This document shows positions 47,836 through 57,324 of a DNA stretch of 64,000 nucleotides, piece by piece. A program made the position numbers and the translations under genes. Position 1 is the first letter of the stretch; the number at the start of each line of letters is the position of its first letter. Source of the stretch: a virus (taxonomy: Duplodnaviria > Caudoviricetes); IMG/VR virus record IMGVR_UViG_2894657497_000001, positions 25,820 to 89,819 of that record. One strand, written 5' to 3'. The notes beneath the pieces are model-generated. The model did not search any database, was not told where the DNA came from, and worked only from the letters and a program-made list of their open reading frames with translations.

Positions 47836-48264
47836 CTAAATCGAACCGAATGCCCCAAACTCCGGTAGGCCGTCGTCACCCTCCACGCAGGAGAACAGAT
47901 GGAGGCAATGCTCATGGATGTTGACGTGGTACTGCCGGGCAGGGAAGATATGCATGGCCTTCCGATCCTCACCCACAAATAGCCGCTTCACCTCGGCCAT
48001 ATCCTGATACGATGGGGTTTTATTCGGGAAAGATGCCGATACGTGGATCCAGATACGGTCGTCACCAGGCCAATGGGATGCGGTGAACAGAACATAGAGC
48101 TTGTCGCCCTTTCGGCGGAAGGCCCGAGCCCCAGGCAAAACGCGGTTGGCCATAGCATCCCATCCAAGTGGCACATCAGGGACGTACTTTGCAGTGAGAG
48201 CCAGATCCGCCATGTACTCCTCATGCGAGCATTCCAGACGATCAAGCATAGGATGTGGGCTCAT
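47836..48264 (-). CDS. Conserved phage protein (W.HVS.S...P...M..VK.LF...H.N.H..CLHL)
   Basis: Motif pattern; ATGA coupling. Confidence 0.75.
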   Translation of the reverse strand: MSPHPMLDRLECSHEEYMADLALTAKYVPDVPLGWDAMANRVLPGARAFRRKGDKLYVLFTASHWPGDDRIWIHVSASFPNKTPSYQDMAEVKRLFVGEDRKAMHIFPARQYHVNIHEHCLHLFSCVEGDDGLPEFGAFGSI

Positions 48265-48899
48265 GCCGGCAGCCTCTTTCGGAACTCGAAGATAGCTTCC
48301 GTCAAAGCGTTATAGGCGTCACCCATGACAGCCCCCGTTTTCTCGATTTGGTCTGGATCCTCGCAATCGCAAGCCGTAAAATGCCTATTGGCGCAGGTCT
48401 GGTAATGCTCCGCAGCCGTCGCCATATACCCGGCGAACTCGACAGCTTTTTGCAACTGCTCCGCCACCTGGGCCGGATCGGGAACAACCAGGGCCGACAG
48501 TTCGAACACCATGCCCCGGCAATACTTCTCGCCATCCTCCATAATCTCAAACGTGACGTGGGGGATATCGGTCTCGTACTGCCAGGAGTAATCCCCCTGC
48601 CCCCAGATGGCCTTGATAGAGCGGGTAAAGGGGCGACGCTTGCAGAGAGCGTAAGCCTCCGTCTCGCTATCTTTTACATTTTCCCAATCCGGCAGGAGCC
48701 CGGCAGCATCGAGCAGCGCATGGCCGCCATTGTAACAGCCGAACTCGTCATAAAGGGCGCCGTCGAACTCCATGAGGTCGTCAGAAGCCCCATAGACAAC
48801 CACCAACCCGGCAGCTTTGATCTGGTCTTTCAATTCCCGAGACAACTGAAGCGGATACTCGCTACCATCCAACTGTGCCGCCAATTCCTCTCTTGTCAT
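48261..48899 (-). CDS. Conserved hypothetical phage protein
   Basis: GLVVVYGASDDLMEF.GA...W.Y.TDIPH.TF.I.EDGE.YC.G; GGGAGG RBS. Confidence 0.75.
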   Translation of the reverse strand: MTREELAAQLDGSEYPLQLSRELKDQIKAAGLVVVYGASDDLMEFDGALYDEFGCYNGGHALLDAAGLLPDWENVKDSETEAYALCKRRPFTRSIKAIWGQGDYSWQYETDIPHVTFEIMEDGEKYCRGMVFELSALVVPDPAQVAEQLQKAVEFAGYMATAAEHYQTCANRHFTACDCEDPDQIEKTGAVMGDAYNALTEAIFEFRKRLPA

Positions 48900-48912
48900 A
48901 ATCCATCCCTCC

Positions 48913-49098
48913 CTAATATTTTTCAAATAGCCGCTCCAGATATGCGGCCCGCTTTTCAGATAGGATTTTTCCATGTGTTAAGAGCCCCCGGACGTCACAG
49001 ATAAACGTCTCGTCGTTATCGTCGTGGACACGCCCCTGCTGCACCTCCACAAATAGCTTTTCGGCCATCAGCCTGTGACGTTCCTGTTCAATTGCCAT
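48913..49098 (-). CDS. Small hypothetical protein
   Basis: LSEK...YL.RL.EKY; overlaps the upstream stop. Confidence 0.5.
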   Translation of the reverse strand: MAIEQERHRLMAEKLFVEVQQGRVHDDNDETFICDVRGLLTHGKILSEKRAAYLERLFEKY

Positions 49099-49855
49099 GG
49101 CGAGCCACCACTTCCTTGATGCTGTCTTTCCAGCGGATCACCGGACAATCGGAGTAGCGACGATGCAAGGCCATGATCCTCTCGTCCCCCTGCAGCATCA
49201 CGATAGAATCTACGGCATAGGCATACTCGGCAGGAACGCGCAGCCGGGCCTTATTCATCTTACCGATCCAGATGGTATCCGTAACGAAGGGAGCCGCAGC
49301 ATCCACAACGGAGATCGCCGCATTGATACCGCCCAGCATAGGCTCGATTGAGACGGAAGTACGGAAGCCCTCCGAGTACGCCTCCTGGAGACAGGAGATG
49401 CGCTCCTGCGGAGATGGTGCGCCGGGCTCCCAGAACGCGCAGGTGTCGGAATTCATGCTGCCGATGGTAAACCGGAGCATAATTTGAGATTTCCATTCGG
49501 CCAGCTTCGATATGACCTCCCGGATGCAATCCAAACGCGGCTTGGAGACGATCAGCAAGCGGTTACCCCGGGAGAGAATGAGCCTCGCCACACGGATATA
49601 CTCGTTCACGTTGAAGGGCGTAATGTCGTGGCTGCTGGGAAACATCACAACGCCATCGCGGGCCGGATAAGAGGTCATGGCCGAGCGCTTGGTAAATTCC
49701 TCCATAGCCCATTCCGAACGGGGGCGTAGGTTGAAACGATTGGCATTATGGGCAGCGTAACAATAGATGCAGGCGTTAGCGCATCCTATTTGAATATTTA
49801 CACTATGTTCAGACCATTCTTTGGCACCGAACCCATGGCGATTTGTATCAAACAT
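49088..49855 (-). CDS. Radical SAM protein (SplB/DUF5131-like)
   Basis: CANACIYC (CxxxCxxC), WEPGAP...R, SIEPM; AGGAG RBS. Confidence 0.85.
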   Translation of the reverse strand: MFDTNRHGFGAKEWSEHSVNIQIGCANACIYCYAAHNANRFNLRPRSEWAMEEFTKRSAMTSYPARDGVVMFPSSHDITPFNVNEYIRVARLILSRGNRLLIVSKPRLDCIREVISKLAEWKSQIMLRFTIGSMNSDTCAFWEPGAPSPQERISCLQEAYSEGFRTSVSIEPMLGGINAAISVVDAAAPFVTDTIWIGKMNKARLRVPAEYAYAVDSIVMLQGDERIMALHRRYSDCPVIRWKDSIKEVVARHGN

Positions 49856-50273
49856 TTTGTTTTCTCCTGGAATGACCATGTTTGTATTTTCTGGGCCGCC
49901 CATAACCATCAAACTTGTTTAATGTGTTCCCACACCCGCAGGCGCAAAATATGACTATATTCTCTTGATTAGGCAATTTACGATCCATGCATTTTGTACG
50001 ATGTTTGGCTTTGTGGTCAGCCAACGAAGTACATACCTCTAAATTTTCGGGAGAATTATTTTGTTTATTCCCATCAATGTGGTGGACCTTCTCACTATTC
50101 ATAAGAGGTCGTCCTATTTTTTCAGCAGCAATAAGTCTATGTTCATAGGCATAACCCCTTGTATCAGCGCAAGGGTGGTCTTTTCCAACCCTAATTAATA
50201 CGTAGCCATGTGGTGTTACAATCCTTCCGCCCTTCCAAAAACCATTTTTTTCACCCGTATTCCAAATAGCCAT
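49848..50273 (-). mobile_element. HNH homing endonuclease
   Basis: WKGG...GY, YEHRL, VHHIDGNKQNN..ENL; C-terminal CACGCG; low GC. Confidence 0.9.
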
Positions 50274-50279
50274 TATGTA

Positions 50280-50360
50280 TTACCCCATTGCGCAGCCACG
50301 GCAGATGTGCTTTGTATATTCGGCAGTACCGGTGCCGGCCCATTCATCGTTGAAATCCAT
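50280..50360 (-). pseudogene. 26-aa remnant resembling the radical SAM N-terminus
   Basis: GTGTAEYTKHICRGCAMG* versus GFGAKEWSEHSVNIQIGCANAC; strong GGGAGG RBS. Confidence 0.5.
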
Positions 50361-50542
50361 TATTTCCTCCCGAAAAGGTCTGGCTGCCAGGCCCTGAATA
50401 ATTCCGGCTGCCACCAGATGTGAATGACCCTGCGCCGCTTCCATATTTTCCCGAGCTTCTTGGCACATGTGGCCCCCATGCCGCGCTTGATGCTTTCAGG
50501 ATCCTTCAACCGGCGATGACAACGAATACAGCGCAATGGCAT
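50360..50542 (-). CDS. DUF6011-like small Zn protein
   Basis: C.RC.R.L.DPES..RG.G..C. Confidence 0.7.
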   Translation of the reverse strand: MPLRCIRCHRRLKDPESIKRGMGATCAKKLGKIWKRRRVIHIWWQPELFRAWQPDLFGRK

Positions 50543-50563
50543 GCCAACCTCGTTTTGTATGCG

Positions 50564-50761
50564 CTACACACGGCGCTTATTAAAAATCGTCGATAACAAA
50601 TCAGGGATATCTAAAGAGGTTCTGGTTTTTTGAGACAAATCCAGAGCCACCCTCTTTTTATTGCAATCAGAGCAGAGACACACCATGCCTTTTCTGAGGG
50701 AGGCATCGCGCACCTCCCCCAGAAACAGACCACAGCCAGCACATGACAGAGTACGAGTCAA
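50564..50761 (-). CDS. Small Zn-finger protein
   Basis: CAGC...LRKG..CLC.DC. Confidence 0.55.
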   Translation of the reverse strand: MTRTLSCAGCGLFLGEVRDASLRKGMVCLCSDCNKKRVALDLSQKTRTSLDIPDLLSTIFNKRRV

Positions 50762-52095
50762 AAGAGCCCCCCCTGGACAGCCGCCCCGTTATTTTCAAAG
50801 TAACGATTCAAAGCCGCACGAGTGGACTCCTTGCGGTCGACCGGTGCCGGCTCCGCCTCTACGACCGGGAAGCAGCCGGCCACCAGTTCCTCGACAGACC
50901 GGCTCTCGATATTGCTGGCGATCTCAATGGCGCCCCCCAGGGTGATGGGCGCGACATCGCTGGTGGCCCCCCACTGCGCGACCTTCTCGGCCAGGGTCCG
51001 CGCCTGGGAGATCCCCGCGGCCCGCTGCCGGACAGCCGGAACAACCTGGCATTCGATTTTGACCTTGCGGGCGCCCCCAGCCATGAACCGCTGCTCCAGG
51101 AGAGCCCGATCAACCCGGTGGCGGTCTTCCTCGGGAATCGAGTACCTGAAGCGGACGTCAGCGCCGGAAGCGCCGGCCTCTACGCGGGCAACCTCGGCCT
51201 CAAAGGCCGCCTCGTCGCCGTCCCAGATGGCCTCGCCGAAGCAGAGGCGCCGGGCGGGAAGAGGCATGAACTGAGCAACAGGGGCTGCGGAGCCGAACGT
51301 TACCTCAAGAAAGCCCTTGTCCTCCTGCTCGCCGTAGTTCAGCCGCCCCGGAGAACCGCAGAAAAAGACATTGCCGCCATGCTGCTGGTATTTGTGGACA
51401 TGGCCGAGGGCGTAGTAGTCGCAATGGGCCTGGTGCAGATCGTTGACGCTGAACTCCAAATCCTCCCCGACCGCGACCTGCCCGGTGGAAAACTCCGAGC
51501 CGGTCAGCATGCCGTGACCGACGAAGATCTTGGGAATACCTGCCGGAAGCGAGTCGTTGACCATGCCCAGGCCGGCGAACAGATCATGCATCAACTCCCG
51601 GGCCTGCATATTGCCGTCACGGGCCGAGCCCTCGAACTGAGCCATCAGATAGGCTTTGTCGAGGGATGGGACCAGCGTGAGAGCGGCCACGACTTCATGG
51701 TCCGGGGAAATACTCGCATACGAGTTAAACGCACAGGAATCCCCATATCTGATGAGGGCGACCTGTTCTACCTGGGAGGCGACATGGACCCGGTGCACCG
51801 TGCGCAGATGGCGGAAGATGGCTGGGGTATCCCTATCGTGCGAACGAGTCCCGCGGATGATCACCACCGGGGCAATGCCGGCGCAGGAATCGACCAACTC
51901 GATAGCGGAATGTGCGACCTCGGAATCCAGCATGATCCTACCATCCAGTTCATCCACGGTATCTCCGCTGATCACAAACAGATCAGGAGGGTACAACTGC
52001 GCATGGTTAATCATTGCGAGAATGCAACGCTCGGATTCTTCCCGTTTGTCAGCGTTACGCGAAATATGCCAATCGCCAGTGTGAATTATCCGCAT
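50758..52095 (-). CDS. sbcD: SbcD/Mre11-like metallophosphoesterase nuclease
   Basis: HTGDWH, ISGD, RGT.SHD, YYALGHVH, GSP; GGGAGG RBS. Confidence 0.9.
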   Translation of the reverse strand: MRIIHTGDWHISRNADKREESERCILAMINHAQLYPPDLFVISGDTVDELDGRIMLDSEVAHSAIELVDSCAGIAPVVIIRGTRSHDRDTPAIFRHLRTVHRVHVASQVEQVALIRYGDSCAFNSYASISPDHEVVAALTLVPSLDKAYLMAQFEGSARDGNMQARELMHDLFAGLGMVNDSLPAGIPKIFVGHGMLTGSEFSTGQVAVGEDLEFSVNDLHQAHCDYYALGHVHKYQQHGGNVFFCGSPGRLNYGEQEDKGFLEVTFGSAAPVAQFMPLPARRLCFGEAIWDGDEAAFEAEVARVEAGASGADVRFRYSIPEEDRHRVDRALLEQRFMAGGARKVKIECQVVPAVRQRAAGISQARTLAEKVAQWGATSDVAPITLGGAIEIASNIESRSVEELVAGCFPVVEAEPAPVDRKESTRAALNRYFENNGAAVQGGLF

Positions 52096-52096
52096 G

Positions 52097-52870
52097 TTAC
52101 ACCTCCCCGCCGAGTACCCAGCGCAATGCATCAACCCCGTTCCATTCCACCGGCATTTCTGCCAGCTTCGCCTCGATATCCTTCCGCGACTTCAACCTGG
52201 GAGCCGCAGGAGCCCCGCCCTTTACGACCCGCTCTACATTACGACCCGAGGTCTTGACCCCGCTCTCCGTCAACTCCTTAAGGGCCGCCTCCTGCTTGGG
52301 CTTCGGCAGATCGGCCAGCTTAACGGCAGCACTCGCCGATATGGTCCCGTGCTCAATGGCTTTTTTGACAGGATCGGCCAGGGTGAGCATCGCCAGCCAT
52401 GTTTTGATGGTGGGCATGGAGACGCCAAAGGCAATGCACGCCTCTTCCTCCGACCGCCCCATATTGAGGTAGCGGTTCAGTTTATCGGCCCGGCCCAGCG
52501 GCGTATCGTCCTGGCGGTTTTCGTTGGCCGAGATGAGCACTCCGAACAGGCTGGAATCGTCACCGCGGCGAATCATGCAGACCGCCTTGATCGGCTCCTT
52601 GCCCTGCTCGACCAGGCGACGGTTTGCCTCCCGGGCGTTTTTGGTCCGCTGCCGGCCATCGACAACAACCAGATCATCCCCCTCCTTGGTGATGATGATC
52701 GGCTCAATGACGCCATTCACCATGATGTTGCGTACCAGCGCTTCATCCAGGGGCAAATCGACGCGAGGGTCATAGAGGGGGTGGCCTGGGTCAGTTATCA
52801 AGACCAAACGATCCGGCTCGATAAGCCAGGCATTGGTCCGCGACGCTTCTACTGCTGTTTTCGACGACAT
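52097..52870 (-). CDS. ParB/Srx-domain protein
   Basis: GVIEPI...VVVDGRQR...ANENR; HTH region. Confidence 0.85.
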   Translation of the reverse strand: MSSKTAVEASRTNAWLIEPDRLVLITDPGHPLYDPRVDLPLDEALVRNIMVNGVIEPIIITKEGDDLVVVDGRQRTKNAREANRRLVEQGKEPIKAVCMIRRGDDSSLFGVLISANENRQDDTPLGRADKLNRYLNMGRSEEEACIAFGVSMPTIKTWLAMLTLADPVKKAIEHGTISASAAVKLADLPKPKQEAALKELTESGVKTSGRNVERVVKGGAPAAPRLKSRKDIEAKLAEMPVEWNGVDALRWVLGGEV

Positions 52871-52900
52871 AAATCCTCCCCAAAAGTGATCAGCACCTAT

Positions 52901-53278
52901 CTACAAAACAGAAGCCGAGTCGGTAAAATGATCATCCAGGGATCCGCCATGCAACGCCCTCTGTAGATACCGCAGAGTGTGAGAAAAGGCATTGGACCCG
53001 ACAACCATCATATCCTCGTCGAGCGGCTCGCCAGCAAGATGCGCCAGGCCGCCAATGGAGTCCTCAACCGATTTAATGGACCTGGCTAACCGTTTATGCT
53101 CCGGCATAGTTTCCCTGATGCTCAATAACGTCGTCATGGTAATGGCCGACAGCAACGCAATGACGGTCTTATCCTCGACCTCTTCCAAGACAAGCCGGGG
53201 CGGTACATACGGCTTATACGAAACCTTGCCACCAGGGGAAACCACCCGCAGGAACAACTGTTCTTTTTTTGATCCCAT
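52901..53278 (-). CDS. Hypothetical protein
   Basis: GGAGG RBS. Confidence 0.55.
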   Translation of the reverse strand: MGSKKEQLFLRVVSPGGKVSYKPYVPPRLVLEEVEDKTVIALLSAITMTTLLSIRETMPEHKRLARSIKSVEDSIGGLAHLAGEPLDEDMMVVGSNAFSHTLRYLQRALHGGSLDDHFTDSASVL

Positions 53279-53320
53279 TACATCCTCCAAATTTTGCTAT
53301 ACGCTACAGCCAAGAAACTG

Positions 53321-54256
53321 CTAGATATGACAATCCACAACGGTCAGCAACGTGTCGTCAGGCAAAGCGTCGAGCAGTATAGAAAATTCCAGCGACCAAT
53401 CTTGAGCAGGCTTTTTATCGAAGACTACTCCCCACCAGCCCATTTCCCCCTGCTCGTACCATTTACCATCCTTCAAGACCGCTAAAGTAGCGATGGCACC
53501 AGCACGAGCTGATTTTATATATTCTTCTCGGGAGATCGGATAAAATTCGTCGACGGAAGAGAAAAAACCGAAAGAAGTGTTGCCCCCTTCTGAAAAGGCA
53601 TGGACCGCTGGCTGGGCATGATATGCCTTCCGGGCCAACCCAATGTCCCCGGCATGCACCTCGTCCCGCATTTTATCCCATGAGATGTACCCGTCCAGCT
53701 TCCCATCGATTAAGGCGCGGGCTTTATCATAGGTATCGGCGGCACGAGCACCAGCAGCATCCCGCATGGCAGCAAAATCTATGTCCTTTTTCAAGGCAGA
53801 GTCCGCTCTGGTCAGGGGATCAGGGCCGCCATCAGGGTCTTCATGCATCGCTATAAGGCTGCGACTACCAAGCTCACCGGTAGCCCCCGGCTTTAGCTGG
53901 AAAAAACCAGACCAACGCCCACCAAACTGAAACCAATCCCACTTATTATTGGGGTTTGTACGATTGACGGCTTTGATCAGCTTCCCATCCTTTACGATGG
54001 CGTATCCGTACTTGTGCCGGCACTCTTCCCCGACCTTTTCGACTTCGCTCTCGTCGGACACAATTCTGTCCTCGAGCCCATGATAGGAAAGCGCATCTTC
54101 CAACGATTCACCATCGGCAATCCGCTGGGCCAACTCATCCGTTATATCCACATCCTGGACATATTCGTCGTTGATGCCGGTGCATTCAAACTCGTGGAAC
54201 GGGGCCAGTTGCTTTTCGACATCATTTCCAATAACCATAACTGTAAAATGCGACAT
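53321..54256 (-). CDS. Conserved hypothetical phage protein
   Basis: MSHF.V.V, NPN.KWDW...GGRW, GEMGWWG, VVDCHI. Confidence 0.8.
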   Translation of the reverse strand: MSHFTVMVIGNDVEKQLAPFHEFECTGINDEYVQDVDITDELAQRIADGESLEDALSYHGLEDRIVSDESEVEKVGEECRHKYGYAIVKDGKLIKAVNRTNPNNKWDWFQFGGRWSGFFQLKPGATGELGSRSLIAMHEDPDGGPDPLTRADSALKKDIDFAAMRDAAGARAADTYDKARALIDGKLDGYISWDKMRDEVHAGDIGLARKAYHAQPAVHAFSEGGNTSFGFFSSVDEFYPISREEYIKSARAGAIATLAVLKDGKWYEQGEMGWWGVVFDKKPAQDWSLEFSILLDALPDDTLLTVVDCHI

Positions 54257-54283
54257 AATCGTCTCCTTTTATTTCGATATACG

Positions 54284-55588
54284 CTACGCAGCCCGCAGCG
54301 CTTTGACATCATCAGCGAAGGCCGCCCCACGCTTATCAATCTCGGTAGCGACCCTACCGTAGAACTCCCGCAGGGTGGTATAGTCAAGATCATCAACGAT
54401 TGAACCGCCATACATTGAGGCCGCCAGATTATCCATATCGGCCAGGAAAAGCCCCTGGGGGGCAACCAATGCGTTAAGGGCATCGATACCCGCCTTGGTT
54501 CCCTTTTGGGCCTCCTGACTGGCCTGGGGCACAGGATCAGGAGAAGAAGAAGCTGCAGGAGCTTCCACGGGAGCAGCATCATCGGAAAAAGGAAGATCAG
54601 CGGCAGGTGTCGGGGGCAATGCGGCGGCGGCAGGAGCAACACCGGTCAGGGCCGACAGAGCATGCAGCGACCGTGCGGCCACAGCCTGTGGCTCGGCGTA
54701 GCGGGCCAGTTCCATTGGGTCGACTGCCAACTCAATCGTGACGATCCACTGCTGCTGCTTTTTCCCGTCAGGGGTCTTCACCACTTCGGACACCTTGCAG
54801 AGTTCGAAAAAGGCATTGCCATTGAACAGCCCGTCGAAGCGCCCCAGGATGCCACGCACCCGGCGCAGGATGGCAACCGACTCCCCGAGGCCATACCAGG
54901 AACGAGTCGGAACGACGATCTCGCCGGCCCCGCGGCAGCCAGGTACATAGACGCGGTACATCCCGCCGAATACGACCTTGTAACCGCACGCCTTTGTGGC
55001 CACGTCCTCGTCGTCGGAATCCAGAACCTTCCAAACATCGGGTTTAGCGGGGAGCTTCGTGTCCTTGGGGATGTAGCGAAATTTCAGCTTGGGGCCGTCG
55101 TAGAACGAGACGCACCGGAGATTGGCGCCCCCATCAAAAGCCCGGAAATTATGGGGGATGACCTTCTCGATATCCGACAGCGGGAGCCAGCACGGGATGC
55201 GCCGGACCTTGCCATCGGGATCGGCGTAGTTTTTGCGGATATACTCGGCATCGGCGGGGCGTTTGAAGTCCTCGTCACGGATGGTGAAATAGTCGCAGTT
55301 CGAGGGGAACAAGCAGGTTTTCTTGGTGTAGCCTCTCGGCGCCAGCTTGAGCATTTCGGCATCGATATCACTAAACCCATGACCCTCGTCCAGCATCCGG
55401 TCATACACGGCCCGCTGCTCTTTCGTGCATTCCTTCATCGGCACCTTAATTCCTGGTCGGATAACACCAGCGTGCCGGATTTTCTCGCGGTCACCGAGCA
55501 GCATCTGGACCTCATGCAAATCACCGGTCTCAACGATATTTGCAATGGCGCTGGTGTTGTCCAGGCCTTCATCAACCGTATCTGACAT
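54284..55588 (-). CDS. Gp3/recombination-directionality-factor-like (putative single-strand annealing) protein
   Basis: G.IRPG.K, DYF, C...G...V.VP..G.G......T.SW; position among recombination genes. Confidence 0.6.
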   Translation of the reverse strand: MSDTVDEGLDNTSAIANIVETGDLHEVQMLLGDREKIRHAGVIRPGIKVPMKECTKEQRAVYDRMLDEGHGFSDIDAEMLKLAPRGYTKKTCLFPSNCDYFTIRDEDFKRPADAEYIRKNYADPDGKVRRIPCWLPLSDIEKVIPHNFRAFDGGANLRCVSFYDGPKLKFRYIPKDTKLPAKPDVWKVLDSDDEDVATKACGYKVVFGGMYRVYVPGCRGAGEIVVPTRSWYGLGESVAILRRVRGILGRFDGLFNGNAFFELCKVSEVVKTPDGKKQQQWIVTIELAVDPMELARYAEPQAVAARSLHALSALTGVAPAAAALPPTPAADLPFSDDAAPVEAPAASSSPDPVPQASQEAQKGTKAGIDALNALVAPQGLFLADMDNLAASMYGGSIVDDLDYTTLREFYGRVATEIDKRGAAFADDVKALRAA

Positions 55589-55644
55589 AACAACCTCCAA
55601 AAAGAATTTGACTGCAGGGGAAAGAAGACGAGTGCCCAGAATGA

Positions 55645-57129
55645 TCAGCGCGACTCCATAACTTTTTTTAAACGTAAGCCCAGCCAGTGCATACAGGGAA
55701 CCGCCATGCTATTGCCATAAGCCTTATATTGTGGTCCATCAGGGCATTCGGCAGCCGGTTTTCCCCGCCATGGTATTTGGGTATAATGGTCTGGAAATCC
55801 TTGAAGCCGGGCACATTCTACAGGCGTTAAGCGTCGCACCGCAGTCCCAGCAATGTAGCTGCGAGAACTACCGCCACTGGCAGCGCGAAGGCTTGCCACC
55901 TCTGCCACCTCTGCCACCTCTGCCATCGCGCCACCTTCGCGGCCACGGAGGTTGAAGGCTGTGACTTGTTGGTCAGCCTTCATGCAAAGGACAGCCGTTG
56001 TGCTGCTGTTTTCCACACCACTTGGCGTTCTAGAACGTAGCGCCGTAGCAATATTGGCAAAAGAGGCAACTCTTGCTGTCCCATCAGTACCATGGAAAGT
56101 GACCCCTTGAGGGTAGACCGGGGCCAGTGGTGTTCCACGGCCAGTGCCGTCTTCGGAAGCGTCAAAGCCTTCTCCGCGCAGAGTATGGGCTACCAACATC
56201 CCTGATTCCGCATCCTGCTGAGTGGCTGAACCCACCGCCTTGCCGGAACTACATAAAGTACCAACCACAAAAGTTTCCGTTTCAAAATCCATACGACCAC
56301 TGCCGCCCTTGGCATTACAGGCTGTGGCTATATCAATCGGTCCGGTTGTGTTGTTACCCCCATAACTGGCGATAAGGCGGTTTGTTTGTCCCTGGTTATC
56401 ATCTGCTCCGCATGTTCCAACGCCATTTGCAGTGAGGGCGGCAACACACGCCCCCGCTTCTCGGCCCTCCGCAGTATCCCGGCGCATGCCCTTGCGCTCA
56501 AAAAGTACCGCTCCGGGATTGAACCGGTCTCGAGCACTTGCGACAACGAAGACACGACGGCGTCGTTGGGGCACTCCGAAATATTGAGCATCGAGAATTC
56601 GCCAGGCAGCCGCTCTCCGGGGTCCAATAACCAGACCCGCGTTTGTCCAGCCGACCCTCCCCGGAACGAGTGGGGCATCCTCTCCCACAATCCCAGCGAG
56701 GAAGCATCCAAAAGCATTGTCGGGCGTATTAAGGCATCCAGGGACGTTTTCCCAGATACAGACGGCTGGTTCGCGTCCAGCAGCAACTCGAACATCGTCA
56801 ATTGCATCAAGGATTCGGACGAATTCAAGGGTAAGTTTTCCACGATCATCCTCCATAGATTTACGCAAACCGGCGACTGAGAATGCCTGACATGGTGTGC
56901 CCCCAACCAAAATATCAGGAGCAGGAACCTCCCCAGAGCGGACCATCGCAGCGATCTTGGTCATATCCCCAAAATTTGGCACGTCAGGGTAATGGTGAGC
57001 AAGGACTGCGCACGGGAAAGGGGAGACTTCCGAAAAGCCGACAGGTACCCAGCCAAGGGTATCCCACGCCACGGTAGCTGCCTCAATTCCACTACACAAA
57101 CTCAGATAACTCGCCGCAGATTCGTTCAT
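55645..57129 (-). CDS. C5-cytosine DNA methyltransferase
   Basis: SLCSGIE, GGTPCQ, WENV, QRRRRVF, RRLTP.EC.RLQGFPD, GNS. Confidence 0.95.
   Translation of the reverse strand: MNESAASYLSLCSGIEAATVAWDTLGWVPVGFSEVSPFPCAVLAHHYPDVPNFGDMTKIAAMVRSGEVPAPDILVGGTPCQAFSVAGLRKSMEDDRGKLTLEFVRILDAIDDVRVAAGREPAVCIWENVPGCLNTPDNAFGCFLAGIVGEDAPLVPGRVGWTNAGLVIGPRRAAAWRILDAQYFGVPQRRRRVFVVASARDRFNPGAVLFERKGMRRDTAEGREAGACVAALTANGVGTCGADDNQGQTNRLIASYGGNNTTGPIDIATACNAKGGSGRMDFETETFVVGTLCSSGKAVGSATQQDAESGMLVAHTLRGEGFDASEDGTGRGTPLAPVYPQGVTFHGTDGTARVASFANIATALRSRTPSGVENSSTTAVLCMKADQQVTAFNLRGREGGAMAEVAEVAEVASLRAASGGSSRSYIAGTAVRRLTPVECARLQGFPDHYTQIPWRGKPAAECPDGPQYKAYGNSMAVPCMHWLGLRLKKVMESR
56328..56843 (-). CDS. Overprinted ORF resembling the alternative-frame beta polypeptide of M.EcoHK31I
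   Basis: GEF..LN..E.P......SLSQVLET...YFLS..AC.GILRRA..RG..LP; GGAGG 6 nt before GTG 56843. Confidence 0.55.
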   Translation of the reverse strand: MENLPLNSSESLMQLTMFELLLDANQPSVSGKTSLDALIRPTMLLDASSLGLWERMPHSFRGGSAGQTRVWLLDPGERLPGEFSMLNISECPNDAVVSSLSQVLETGSIPERYFLSARACAGILRRAEKRGRVLPPSLQMALEHAEQMITRDKQTALSPVMGVTTQPDRLI

Positions 57130-57150
57130 TATGCGCTACACCCCGGATAT

Positions 57151-57186
57151 AAAAAACCCGGATAGTGTGTCGGCACCATCCGGGTT
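57151..57186 (-). terminator. Intrinsic terminator in the leader of the methyltransferase gene
   Basis: AACCCGGATGGTG / CACTATCCGGGTT followed by T tract. Confidence 0.7.
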
Positions 57187-57324
57187 CTCTGGAAACAGGG
57201 GATCCCGAAGGGCCACCTGAAACCAAAATGTGATGCGTGCTCCGACAAGCCGCCTTATTTGCAGGGGAGACAATACGCCCCCCCGCAAATAATATCAAGA
57301 AAAATGTTCGCCATACGCTACAGA

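Noticed and set aside
49848-50282. Group I intron splitting the radical SAM gene
   Set aside because: The HNH ORF leaves no room for a catalytic core, there is no terminal G at the required junction, and the downstream gene is already complete.
55893-55925. 9-bp tandem repeat (AEV x3) in the methyltransferase
   Set aside because: In-frame slippage in the variable region; it cannot cause phase variation.
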